A stretch of DNA of 63,220 bases, the filler included, from Octopus bimaculoides (lineage: Eukaryota): the NCBI RefSeq assembly GCF_001194135.2. It is 4 parts of 4 records of this genome, joined end to end, with 100 filler letters (N's around TTAATTAATTAA, not from the genome) between each part and the next. Parts side by side here need not be neighbours in the genome. Positions count along the whole stretch, not along the records: positions 30,543 to 58,737 come from NC_068984.1; 3 more parts are not named here. One strand, given 5' to 3'. Shown here one piece after another: positions 37,060 through 49,058 of this stretch (positions are counted from its first letter, which is position 1; every line of letters starts with the position of its first letter). Below the pieces are notes generated by a model. That model searched no databases. It was given only the letters and a program-made list of their open reading frames with translations, and was not told the origin of the DNA. Made by a program: the position numbers and the translations under genes.

Positions 37060-37560
37060 TCTTAAACACCAAGTATCACGGATGTGGCTTTTCTGTCCTG
37101 TTAGCGGCTTACAGTTTTTGCACAGATGTAGGAACGATGGGCCACACATAGACTATTTTGCATCAAGACTCTTACGAACATCTGTATTGAGCTGTCCTAG
37201 CTCGTTACGATTTCGTTCGAATTTTCTCTTCCCGTTATGCACTGCTTTCTTACATGATGAACGATCAAGGATGAGTTATTCCTGATTCATTTTTCAAAAT
37301 TTGACCTTCAAGTGTATTCTTAATGCATTCCTTATATCTTTTTATGGTTCGTTTGCTGGGTTTTAAAACGATTAATTCACCATACAGAAATTGATTAGGG
37401 GACTGACCACCTTCCACACTCAGTAATTGGTGCCGAAGTACTAGAAACTCTATACTGTCAGACTCACTGTGTTCGTGGACATCAATATCATTTACATTTG
37501 CCATTGAATACTCAGTACACAGCGGAAACACTTTGGTGAAATTGTTCTAACCTTTTCATC
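37060..37560 (-). mobile_element. Old RTE/BovB-like LINE C-terminal relic
   Basis: SIEFLVLRHQL..QFLYGEL..KRYKECIKNTL matches the RTE SIE..L..QLRW / LYGEL / KRYKD..K motifs. Confidence 0.55.
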
Positions 37561-37740
37561 TATCTCCGATAAGTAACACAGGTCTCAGCGAAGACAAAAC
37601 ACAAGTATTGTAGATCTTCAGCTTTGACTCAATTGAAATATCATGCTGAAATCATAAACGAAAGTCATGCACAAAATAAGTTCAATAAGCTCTGGAATTA
37701 TCAGACATGCTTCCATTTTTCTAAATTGAATAGAATAAAT

Positions 37741-38299
37741 GGATCTTTTTTAAAACGGGGGCCACATTTTTCATTAACGAAACACTTTGAAACTTGGAAC
37801 ACTGGTAGAATGTGTCATATAAAACATCTTTTTCTCTTAGTCTTCTTTAAAAAAAAAGAAATCCCTAAGTTATTCCATGTTAAAGTTGTCGTATTTCTGT
37901 AATTTCAACCAATCACTGACGTCCATTCAGCCGATATACATTAAGTGCCGACTACATAAACTAACGATTCTGAAACAATTCTATCGGTGATAGGGTTAGG
38001 GTTAGGGTAAAACAGCAAATTTAAAAAGAAAAAAGCAAAACGAAGCTATGGAAATTAAATACGCTTTACACCGCTTAATCAGCCAAAGGAGTAAATGTAA
38101 ACAACTGAATACTTGTCAGTGATTGGTTGAAATTATCGAAATAAGACAATTTTTTACATGAAATAAATTCGAATACAAAAATATTTTTCTGTTCTATAAC
38201 ACAAAATAGATAAGTATACGAAGTTTGAAAGTCTTTCGGTATCAAAAACACTACGTAAAACATTAATGAAAAATGTGGTCCCCGTTTTAAAAAAGATCC
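37741..38299. mobile_element. 559-bp MITE with 37-bp TIRs and 8-bp TSD
   Basis: TIR GGATCTTTTTTAAAACGGGG(G/A)CCACATTTTTCATTAA (1 mismatch); GAATAAAT at both 37733-37740 and 38300-38307; second internal inverted pair ATTTCAACCAATCACTGAC. Confidence 0.92.
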
Positions 38300-38543
38300 G
38301 AATAAATTAAATAATGATGAATACACACTTGTACATGATAAACAAAATTGCTAATAATAATAACGTAATAAAATGAGTAAAATGTCAACTATTTTGGTTG
38401 AGTGACTTTTGGCCCACTTATGTATAAACCATTTTAAAATAACGTCTATAACTTAGTCATTGATTAGAAGCGAGTTAATATTTTAAAATTAAAATTTTCA
38501 ATTCACACCTTTCCTCCATTGAGCACCAGGCGATATATTTGGC

Positions 38544-39058
38544 GGGAATTCAGTTTAACCACCCCATAACATTATTATTTTTTTTAATTTTCAGAAAATG
38601 TTTGCAAAATTGTGTTCTATACACAGGAATTCATACGATTATGCAAAAAAAAAAAATAAATAAACAGTGTGTGATTTAAGGGCGATTTAGCTGTCATTTT
38701 TAGCGCATCACACGACCATTTGATACCAACCTCATTTCTTTGTCACTCAAACATTTTTTGATGTTTTTCAATATTTTTCTCATAAACACCTTTAAAAGAA
38801 TACTGATGCACTTAATAGTGCTCCATTGCTGGAATTCAAATAAAAAGATTCAGACTGTCCGTATTTTAAAATCTGATTTTACAAATTCCAAAAACAGTGG
38901 AAATTTTAGGATTTTGGGGAGGGTTCGAAAATTAAGAAAAAATTCTATAATCGTATGTATTCCAGTATAAGAAACACAAATTCGCAAAACTTTTCTGAAA
39001 ATTTAAAAAAAAAAAAGTTACGAGGCGTTATATGGGATGCTTAAACCAGATTTCCACA
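38544..39058. mobile_element. Older MITE-like inverted repeat (~100-bp diverged arms)
   Basis: TTTTCAGAAAATGTTTGC..CATACGATTAT (left) is inverted against ATAATCGTATG..GCAAAACTTTTCTGAAAA (right). Confidence 0.55.
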
Positions 39059-41042
39059 ACGTATTTTTCCCCACCTCACAGAAAAATTAAAAATTCTTAC
39101 CTGGATTTGATACTGTTTTAAGGTTTCGATTTCTTAGCGCTTTAAATCTTTTACTTGCTTAATAATATTAACTGTAGAAAATCAGCCTTAATTCAATTCG
39201 TATTTATTCAAATTTTAACCCTTTTTCTCCGTGACTTAAAATTTAATTTAAGTTCTTTCCTGTCTGCAGACTAACGAATATTCACCAGATGGTGGTACAT
39301 TTGAAGTTAAGCTCTTTTTTCATAAGTATCATAAATTCATTAACCTACGTTTCATTTACGTTAGATCCTTCGGTTGTTCCTCATCTAATGGTCTAATAAT
39401 TTCTCTGGATGATATTAATTGTGATGATATTAATAAAAATAATCACTAAATTTTAGAACTATTTATTCACTAACTTACTTAATATGTCAATTTATCCACT
39501 TTCTACAATTCATTAATTTATTTTTTTCTGGAATTAAGTGATTAATAAATACATTAAGTATGATAAATAGATGGCCACTTGATTTATTTCTTATATTTTT
39601 AATCTTTTCCTCTCTCTGTGTCTGTCTCTGTTTCTGTCTGTCTGTCTGTCTGTTTCTCTCTCTCTCACGTGTCTGATTTACTCCCCATTAGCACATAGCA
39701 TTTTTCTTTTATTTTGACTTTTATATGAAAACAAAATGATTAAAAGCCACAGGTCTGGAGTTTCACCTATGTTATATCGTGGTCATATGAGACATAGAGA
39801 ATATAAATTTGTGAGACAGTATGTCTGCTGAATCGAGTCGTCTGAGAGAAAACGTGTGTGGAAATGACGCAACCAGTACAGAGTCGATGTTAACAAAATA
39901 GGATGGCTATGGTCAAAAGAGGGTAGAGGAAATTGCGAGAACTGATACATCTATAACCATAGAAAGAGGAAATAAAAAGAGGAATTTTTTCTTGATATAA
40001 AAACCAGATTGTAAGTGACATGCGTAAAATAAGTTTGATGATGTATAACCTTTAAACATTAGTGGTGAAAGCAGAGAGTCTACAGTATTTGGAGAGAAAC
40101 GAGTTGTATATGGAACGCTGGGTGTGTTACGTTAATGTACGTTAAAGATGTTTGAGTGCGAAGGAGTTGAGTAGCTGTCTAGCCATCATGGCAGGATGTT
40201 TTGAAAAGGGAACTGACGATCTCAATATGTAAATGGAATGCAAATGGTTTATACATGTTTGGTTTTAAAGTGTTGTTATTGGTAAAACATACCAGTGGCG
40301 TAAAAGTAATGCAAAGAAGATTCAGTAAAAATAATTTAGTTTTAAATAACGTTGAACCGCAGAGTTAAGAATGCACAACACTAAAATTAAATTTTGGCAC
40401 AAGGCCAGCAATTTTAGGAGGAAGGGTAAGTCAATTACATCGATCCCTGTACTCATTTTATCAACTGCTGAAAGGATGAAAGACAAATATAACCTCGGCT
40501 GAATTTGAACTAAGGACAAGGACTAAGGACATGCCTGGCTTAGAGGGAAAACGGGAGCCTTGATGTGTATTTTCAGCGTATGTTGAAGTGGTCATTATTA
40601 TTGTTGTTGTTGTTAAAGTTCTAGATCAACTCTAATTAAGCAGGTCTACGATCAAAGTCATTCCAACCGTGACCATCAAGTTTTTTTCCTACCTACAAGA
40701 TACCCTAGATCATATCCAACGTGTCACTTTTTAAGGTTGTCATTTGAATGAGTTTTGCCTTTATGTGACCGCTCGCTCCACTATTGCTAGCAGAGCGAGC
40801 GACTGCATAAAGGCTTTCTCCTTGGTTCATATAACAGTAGTTGGCAGAGCTGGTAGAGCGCCTTGTGCCTTGCCGTATTTAGTTGCGTTCCTTTACGCTC
40901 TAAGTTCAAATCACCAAGGTCAGTTTTGCCTTTCATCCTCCTGTTGTCGACAAAATAAAGCAGCAGTTAAATATCCAATTCTTCTCCTAGTAATTTGAGA
41001 CGTTGTGGCAATATTACAAATTACTATTATTGTCGTGTGAAA

Positions 41043-41250
41043 AGGCGCCGACTTGGAGGAATCGTTAGCACGCCGAGCGAAATGCCCAGCGACATTTTGT
41101 CCGTCTTTATGTTCTGAGCTCAAATTCCGCCGAGGTTGACATTGCCTTTCATCCTTTCGGGGTCGATAAAATAAGTACCAGTTGAACATTGGAATCGATA
41201 TATTAGACTAGCATCTACCCCAAGAGTTCAAGCCTTGTGTCTATAATACA
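41043..41250 (+). mobile_element. SINE family B, near full length
   Basis: A-box-like TGGAGGAATCGTTAG, B-box-like GAGCTCAAATTCC, then GCCTTTCATCCTTTCGGGGTCGATAAAATAAGTACCAG. Confidence 0.85.
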
Positions 41251-41330
41251 AGTGAGTAAACCAACAACTGTGTCTTTCTGGTAATGACCCAAAAGAGTAG
41301 GGTACAAAATATTGGATATTGCTTTTTACC

Positions 41331-41555
41331 TTTTACTAGTTTCAGTCATTGGACTACAGCTATAGTGGGGCACACTACCTTGCAGTGTATATTCGAATAA
41401 ATCAATACTTATTTTGAAGTCTGGTGCTTATTCTATCGGTCTCTTTTGCCGAACAACTAAGTTACGAAAACGTAAACGAACCAAAACCGGTTGTCAAGTG
41501 ATGGTGGGGACAAATACAGCACAAACACAGACACACATATACACATGCACTTTCG

Positions 41556-41600
<45 letters not shown>

Positions 41601-41730
41601 CTGGCTCCCACGCAGTTTCCGTTTACCAAATTTACTTACAACGCAGTGGTTGACTCGGGAAGTAGATAACACTTGCTTAAGGTGCCGCACAGCGCGATGA
41701 ACCTAAAACCATGTAGTTGCAAAGCGTACC
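41331..41730 (-). mobile_element. SINE family A with internal (CA)n
   Basis: Same architecture as 13111-13512. Confidence 0.8.
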
Positions 41731-41914
41731 TCTCTGTACTGATCTGGCTACCTGTATTACGTAGAATATATGGGCAATAATTAAATCCTCTAATACCTTC
41801 TGACTTGAATGGTCTTGATTCATTTATTATTCTTTTCCTAGCTCAAATTGTAAAGTTCTCTTTGTGGACTTTATTTAAAAGTAAATTAAACTTCAGGATG
41901 TCTAATATTTCATC

Positions 41915-42335
41915 CACAAGGTCTAGTCCTTGTTGTTGTGTGGTGGCCTATGTGCCTCAGTAACCCTGAGAGCCATGCCAGCGGAGCCCAGACTCCTGGT
42001 AGGGTCTCACATGCAGGACAGGTTAAGGGATAGAGACCAGACTGATTTGGACCACCTGCTTCTAGAGATAAAATAGGTTTTGATAGGGCCAACGTTCCCA
42101 CCTAGAATAAAGCTAAGTTACAGTAGCAACGATGACAATTCAAAATCAACTAAAGCTGGTGGAAAAAGACCTACCTCAGAGAAAAATATGACGCGCTAAG
42201 AATAGCTGGAAGCGGGATACTGAGGCAGAGTTGAAAAAGCGGGGATTCAACTGGAGAGAAGCACCAGTCGATACAGTGGAGAAAGGTCGTCGATGGTCAA
42301 TGCTTTATAGGGAGCGAAGAGCTTAAGCAAGTATG
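41915..42335 (+). mobile_element. Internally deleted RTE LINE (5' UTR fused to C-terminus)
   Basis: GTGGTGGCCTATGTGCC..CTCCTGGTAGGGTCTC..CAGACT resembles RTE 5' UTRs as I recall them; NSWKRDTEAELKKRGFNWREA resembles an RTE C-terminus. Confidence 0.55.
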
Positions 42336-42689
42336 ATTAATATTTTGATAAGTGATGAATTAACAGCCATTAGAGCATCGGACAGAACCTAGTGGTATTT
42401 GTTTCAGCTTTCTGCGCTCAGAATTTAAATCCCACCGAGGAGAGGATAACTTTGCTTTTCAAACTTTAAGGGTCGACAAATAAAGTAGTCCTCCTCCTCC
42501 TCCTCTTCCTTTTCCTTTCCCCTCTCTTGGAATATCTGTTACGTTATGCCATGAGAAATGTCATTTGAAAGTAGACACACAGTGACCCTTTCTCTATTAA
42601 TGGAGAAACTGATACATTTCTAAAACAGCCCAAGGATGGGCTATATTACAACATAGACTGGAAATAAAAGAAGAATGTTCACCTATTGG

Positions 42690-42900
42690 TTTCAAATTTT
42701 GATACAAAGACAGCAATTTAAGGAGACAGGTAAGTCGATTACACCTACCCCAGCACTCAACTTGTACTTATTTTATCGACCTCAGAAGGATGAAAGGAAA
42801 AGTCGACCTCGGGGAAATTTGAACTAAGAACGTAAAGGCAGTCGAAATGCCGCTAAGCACTTTGCTCGGCGTGCTAACGATTCTGCCAGCTCACTACCTT
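42690..42900 (-). mobile_element. SINE family B
   Basis: Reverse complement matches 41043-41250. Confidence 0.85.
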
Positions 42901-45900
42901 AATTCCACCGAATATTACGAAGAAATAATTATTTCTCCTGTAATAACTGTCTACTGTAATAATCGCTGTAATAATTGTCTGCTAGGGGACAACCTAAATT
43001 CTTCTAGTTTGATATTAATCAGATGAACTGGCCTTCTTATTTTCATTGGAAATCTTATAGAATAGATGTGCCCCAGCTTGACTTGGATACTTTTGGAGTG
43101 GATTTAATAAACTGTCATTAGAAGTTTACGCTTCAGGTGAAACTATAATTTGAATTATCGGAGGAGTTGGGAAGGCATTGAAGAGAAAGCACTTTGAAGA
43201 TATAAAACTGAGATGCTGTTTATTCTCAGGGTAGTTCTGACTAAGACCTTAATTTCTGTTTTTTTTTTCTCTTTTCTTATTCAGGGGGTTTGCATCCGGG
43301 ACTACAGTATCAAATGCGCCCTTTTTTCAAAGACGGTAGGGTGATGTGTGATACAAAGGTATATATCGTATTTCCAGATGATAAAGCAGTTCCAGATTAT
43401 CCCTGAAATTATGGGATTTTGTGTGCATAGCTGATGAAGCATAGCAGCACAGAAACACATCTTACGATCCGATGACATCATTCGTATTCTGATGGCGTGT
43501 TTTTCATACATATCATCTATAAGAAAAATTTCTTTTCAGTCTTCAGAGACAGTTTTCGCAGCAGATGTTTTCACACGTTTCAGTGTACACGAGCTTGTTA
43601 AATATTGCTATACACACCTATTTTCAAATCATCGCTATTTAGCGTGCCTCTAGTTAATTAATTCCAGTTTGAAAAAGCTTTGCATACATCACCAAATATT
43701 TATTTGTTATTTAAATATAAAAACCGCAGTTTTTAGAACGCTTTAAACGACGAATTCGGTGCCCGTAGCTGATGAAGTGTAACGATGCAGAAACACGTGT
43801 CCGATGACGTAATTCATAACCACTCATCCTCTTCAAAAAACACTTGGCAGCGGAGGCTTTTCCACGTTTGAGTCTACACCAACGTATTGAATCTAATTGT
43901 ACACATCTATATTTCAATAATCGCTACTTAATGTACCTCTAATTAATTATCAGACCTATGAGTAAAGGTATTCCAGCCATGACCGTTCTGTCGCTTTAAG
44001 GGATATCAAGGACTACATTTCCTAATGTATATCCTTCTCCCTTTTATGACGTCTGAGATTTGAAAATGACCTGGCTTCTATTTCAAACAGGTCGAATATC
44101 CTCTTGGATGTTTCTTTGGATATTAGAGAACATTCTTTGAGTCACTGTAGTACTTCGGCCATCTGCGGTGGACTCTCCTGTCGTAAAAATAACAGATGAG
44201 AGTTCCGCAACTTCTTGCTGAACAACTTGCACAAATGATTTGTTGATAGTAATCGAATGCTTTTCCGCGCATTGCTCACTCCTTCCGTCAAATTGGCATT
44301 GCCTGTATAGGCTCATCGTGTTTTCCAAACGTCAATTGTCGCGGAATACAATGCACCACCTGTTCCGTAACCAAAATCATCCGATTGTGAGTGCAACATC
44401 CAATTCATTCGGCGACGTGTTGTCTCGCTTTGAATACGAATAAGTGCAATAATCCTGTCTTGGATAGATGATCCAGTTTTTACTAATTTGTTTTAACTCT
44501 AGCAATATTACAAAGATAACACTATCTTAATTATTGTTTGCTTTTATGTGGTAGACGTTTATGAACAATTTATCCACAAAACTATTCTATTTAATTCTGT
44601 TTTCCTACGCCAACTAATTAACAATTTTGTAAATTTCCTTAAAGGCTTCTTTCTCATTATTTCATCAAGCATAGGGACAACTGCTCCTCTTATGTTATAA
44701 AATCTTCAAAACAAATCTGGAATTTTCTCCAGTACTTCTTGAAAAGAAAATGAAATTTAATATCAATTATTGCCTAATTTTATAATATTAACATTAGGCT
44801 GGAACAAAAGTTCGTACCGTTTCTGATATAAAATTCAATAACCATATTTAGATATTTGTATACACCTTTATTCAACCACATACGTCTTATTTTGTTCCAT
44901 TACCGTTTGCCATCTTTGGGGCAGCTTCATGATCCCATCCTCTCAGAACTTGACATCTTTCTGGGTGATGAACTGGTCTAAGTGGTTTTTATAATCTTCC
45001 AAAGAATTGAAGTTCTTCTCTTTAAGATAAATTTTCAGGGATCAAGACAAATAGTAATCCAAAGGTGCAAGGTCAACTGAGTACAGTGGGGGATGGTAGG
45101 AATCCCAGTCAAGCTGTTCTAGTTTCTACTGGATCGGTAAGTTAACATGAAATCTAGCGTTGTCCTGAAGGTAGATGGCACTCTTCTAATTGGTCAATTC
45201 GGGATGTTTTTCATTGATTGCCCCCTTTGATCAGTCTAATAATGAATAATAATTGTCCGAATACGATTGATTTTGCTGAAGGAACTCGTAATAAGCAGTG
45301 CTATTCTAATCCCACCAGATAGAGAGCATCACCTTCTTCGGATATTGACCGGCTTTTGGTGTGATTAAAGGCTGTTCATTTCATTTTCTTCAGGATCTTT
45401 TTCATTCTACATTGTTGTAAACATTCCATTTTTTCACCCTCTGTGATCGTTCTTTTCAAAACTGGGTCGTTTTCGTTGCGTTTGAGCAAAGAATCGCAGA
45501 TGGAAATACGTTCCACTAAATTTTTTTCCCGTTAAATCATGAATCACCTAAACATAGTAGTATTTTTAAATGCCTTATAACGCTGATATGAGATCTGTGG
45601 AATACCTCTGCGATGTCTGTCTCGTGTCGTGTCACCTGAATTATTTTTTTATTAGCGTTTCGATTTGGTCATCATCAATTTTAGTCATCATTAACAGCTG
45701 TGGGCCTGTCGGAGCGTTCATGGTTTTCCAGGTCAAAATTTTACTCCTAGACCTAGCAAAACCCTTACAAATACTCCTTTTAGCTATGACACCACTTTCA
45801 TAAATTGCACATATATTTACTGCAGTTTATACAATCTTTCCTTTTCGGAAATAAACAAGCATCAAATGAGGAAAATGTACCACATTTTTCTCCACTTTCA

Positions 45901-45965
45901 CTTTAAACTTAAAAGCGGTAGAAATAAACTATCAACACATCGTATAGAAAGACTTATTAAAATGC

Positions 45966-46206
45966 TGTAGGGCACTACCCAAGGATTTATGACAGACGAG
46001 CTGAGACGAACTGTAGAGAGGAACTTCGCTGCGGGCTAGCTTGGGAGCTGGTCTGCGGCGAAGTGGAGTTCCGGTTAAGCAGGCTTTCTACTAAGTAGGA
46101 GTTAACTGGCGGCTGTCGCTCTCATGTATTTAACTAAATAAATTTTTCGTTAACACAATCTGGGTCTCCGTTAATTTTTTGTATATAGCTTAACTAAAGC
46201 TATAAC
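45966..46206 (+). repeat. Gypsy 5' LTR
   Basis: Starts TGTAGGGCAC; first ~90 nt are about 85% identical to 48972-49058 by manual alignment; AATAAA inside. Confidence 0.85.
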
Positions 46207-46215
46207 TGGTGACCC
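46207..46215 (+). promoter_or_regulatory. Primer-binding site (TGGTGACCC, tRNA-Trp-like)
   Basis: Immediately follows the 5' LTR; matches the start of the tRNA-Trp PBS TGGTGACCCCGA. Confidence 0.65.
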
Positions 46216-46339
46216 AACAGAAGAACGACAGCTTTCGCTATCGAAGTAAATAGAAAATCAAAGAAACATGGCAAGCGATCACACAACAGCACTGAAGCTA
46301 CCATAGTTCAAGCCGAAGAGCACTGAGCTATGGTTCGCG

Positions 46340-48950
46340 CAGTGACACCACATTCCCAGCACAGCACCCCACCGCAGTTCACAACCGCGCACGTCGTCTA
46401 TCACCAGACAAACTTGCTATCGCAAAGGCCGAGTTTGACAATATGGAGGCGTTGGGCATAGTTCACCGATCAAGCAGTCCGTGATCGTTACCTCTGCATG
46501 TGGCACCGAAACCCAACGAAGGTTAGTGATCTTGCGGAGATTACTGACGTCTCGACGCAGATACGACACTCGACTGCAACCCCATTCCACACATACAGGA
46601 CTTCTCAGCCCAGCTAGCCGGATGCTCGGTTTCTCAAAGGTCGACCTCATCCGAGGTTACCACCAAATACTAGTACAAGACGACGATGTTCTGAAAACCG
46701 CCATGATCACTCCTTTCAGGCTGTATGAATTCCTACGTACACCCTTTGAGCTGAAAAACAACAACACAATCCTTCCAACGCTTGAGGGACACCGAGTGCA
46801 GGGGTCTTGATTTTATCTTTGCATACTTAGATGATATCCTTATTGCAAGCCAAAATGCAGAGCTGCACGAGAAGCACCTAGTGACTCTTTTTGATAGACT
46901 GGAACAGTATGTTCAAGTAATCAACCCAACCAAGTGTGTTTTTGGTGTTACAGAGATCGACTTCTTGGGACATCTAATCACAGGTGCTGGTACTACACCC
47001 CTGCCTGAAAAAGCGAAAGTTATCTTTTCCACGCTCCACCACAAGCAAAGCTCTACACCTATTTCTGGGCATGGTAAACTTTTACCATCGCTTTATCCCT
47101 TCTGTAGCAAGAGTGATGAGACTTCTATACAAAGCACTACCAAAAGTTGGTTCAAAAAGACAGGTGGAGTGGGATGGTGCAATGACCTCAGCCTTTAAAC
47201 CCACAAAACAAGCTCGCGCTAAAGCAGCAATGCTGTCCCATCCTCATATGTCAGCTTGGACTGCACTGACAGTCGATGCATCCGACACAACCACTGGAGG
47301 TGTTTTAGAACAACGCATCAATGGTCAATGTCGACCACTTGCCATCTTCAGTCGACAGCAACGACATCCTTAGCAGAAATACAGTACTTTTGACAGGAAA
47401 CTGGCAGCTGTCCATCTAGGTGTCCACCACTTTCGCTATTTTCTTGAAGGCTGCACGTTTACAGTGTTCACAGACCACAAACCCATCACCTTTGCTATGA
47501 GCAAGCTCTCGGAGCCTTGATCTGCACACCAGCAATGACAGCTATCGGCCATTTCTGAGTACACCACGGATATCCAACACATAACTGGAAAAAGCAACCT
47601 TGTCGCCGACGCACTCTCTCGTGCCCCTACCTGCTCTCACACCTACCTAGCCCTAGTAACTGAAGGCTTGGGTTACGAGGCTATGGCTGCATCCAACAGA
47701 CAGATGTCGAGATCAGGGCCCACCGCACTGCCATCACATCACATTCCTTGCAGGATATGCACTTTGGCTCCAACGTCACAACCCTACTATATGATATATC
47801 CACTGGGAAGCCACGACCGATCGTCCTATTAGCCTGGCACAGGAAGGTTTTCGATGTCATTTACGGGCTGTCCCACCCAGGTACTAGAGCCACACGGTAC
47901 TTGTCAAGCAAATTTATCTGACACGGTATGGTCAAGCAAATTGGGGAGTGGACCAAGACCTGCATCCTCTGTCAGCAAGCCAAGGTCCATCAGCACACCA
48001 AAGCAACTCTCGGTAGGCTATGAACCACTACAGGCCCGTTTCAGCTACGTCAACATTGACTTTGTCGACCCCTTACCACCTTCACATGGTTGCTCGCATC
48101 TACTGACCTTGGTAGAGACCGCTACACTCGTTGGCCTGAGGCTATCTCTCTCCGCAGCACGGAAACACAAGAAGTCAGCCGAGCCTTCATCACAAACTGG
48201 GTCGCCCGTTTCAGAGCCCCAGACAGCATCACATCCGTCCGGGGGTCCACAATTCACTTCAAAGCTGTGGAATGACATGTGTGGCCTTTTTAGAATTACT
48301 ATGAAGCACAACAACCTGCCATTCACAGGCCAACGGGTGAGTGGAGAAATTTCAGCGCCGCCTGAAGGAATCCCTGACAACCAGACTTAACGGGCCCATT
48401 GGATTGATCAACTTCCATGGGTGATGCTGGGAATCTGCACCGCCCCAAAGGAAAATCTCAACACTTCTGCGGAAATGGTGTATGGTGCCCCTCTTACAGT
48501 GCCAGGAGAGTTCCCTCCGAACGCCAAGTCAGACCCGGATGTCAAAAGGTACCTCGCACAACTGAGAGACAGTGTGGACCAGTTGCGCCCTATTCCCATG
48601 TCAACACATGGTACACGTAGATCATCCGTACCGATTGACCTCCGCATGGCTAACTTAATGTTCTTTAGACGTTACACACAACGGAAACATCTCCAGCAAC
48701 CCTACGATGGCCCATATGAAGTCATATGTCCGGGAGACAAATCATTCCAACTCCTAATTGGCGGATGACATGACACAATTTCCATCGATAGGTTGAAGTG
48801 CGCCCATCTCGATAATGACAACCCCATCCAAGTAGCTCAACCACCAAACAAGGGTCATCCCAGGCAAATCGCATCTTGGTGGCAAGGAACAGTCACCAAA
48901 GAACCGAGTAACTACACGCACAGGCAGGTCAGTTAAAACGCCTTTCCGGT
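46340..48950 (+). pseudogene. Gypsy pol (RT-RNase H-integrase) pseudogene
   Basis: ORF fragments 46481-46810, 46782-47198, 46984-47373, 47854-48390 and 48421-48768 stitch into one pol through frameshifts. Confidence 0.92.
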
Positions 48951-48971
48951 TCCAATGACAGTCAACAGTTC

Positions 48972-49058
48972 TGTAGGACACTGCCCAAGGATTTATGACG
49001 AACTGAGGCGAACTGTAGACAGAAACTTCGCTGCGCCCTAGTTACGGAGCTGATCTGT
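48972..49058 (+). repeat. Gypsy 3' LTR, truncated at a (TG)n run
   Basis: TGTAGGACAC start; similarity to the 5' LTR ends at (TG)n; no polypurine tract upstream. Confidence 0.85.

Larger units (their letters stand above)
45966..49058 (+). mobile_element. Ty3/Gypsy LTR retrotransposon, decayed and internally deleted
   Basis: Two TGTAGG-starting LTRs, a PBS, a gag N-terminal stub (MASDHTTALKLP*..LWFAQ), RT (FSKVDLIRGYHQI, YLDD at 46824-46835), RNase H (TVDAS, FTDHKP, VADALSR), and integrase (H..C..C zinc region, IDFVDPLP, RWPEAI, PYDGPY); many stops and frameshifts. Confidence 0.95.

Noticed and set aside
39101-39171. 71-nt minus-strand exon with good acceptor and CAG|GTAAGA donor
   Set aside because: Stops in all three frames and it abuts a MITE-like arm; at most a non-coding exon, which I cannot support.
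43429-43456. Hammerhead ribozyme from CTGATGA...GAAAC here and at 43769
   Set aside because: No closing G-C pair for stem II and no UH triplet with a workable stem I or stem III.
44083-44328. Second VWA-like exon (VIFTTGESTADGRS)
   Set aside because: Only a superficial motif resemblance; no splice sites, stops in the flanking frame, and the 3' part overlaps a dispersed repeat.
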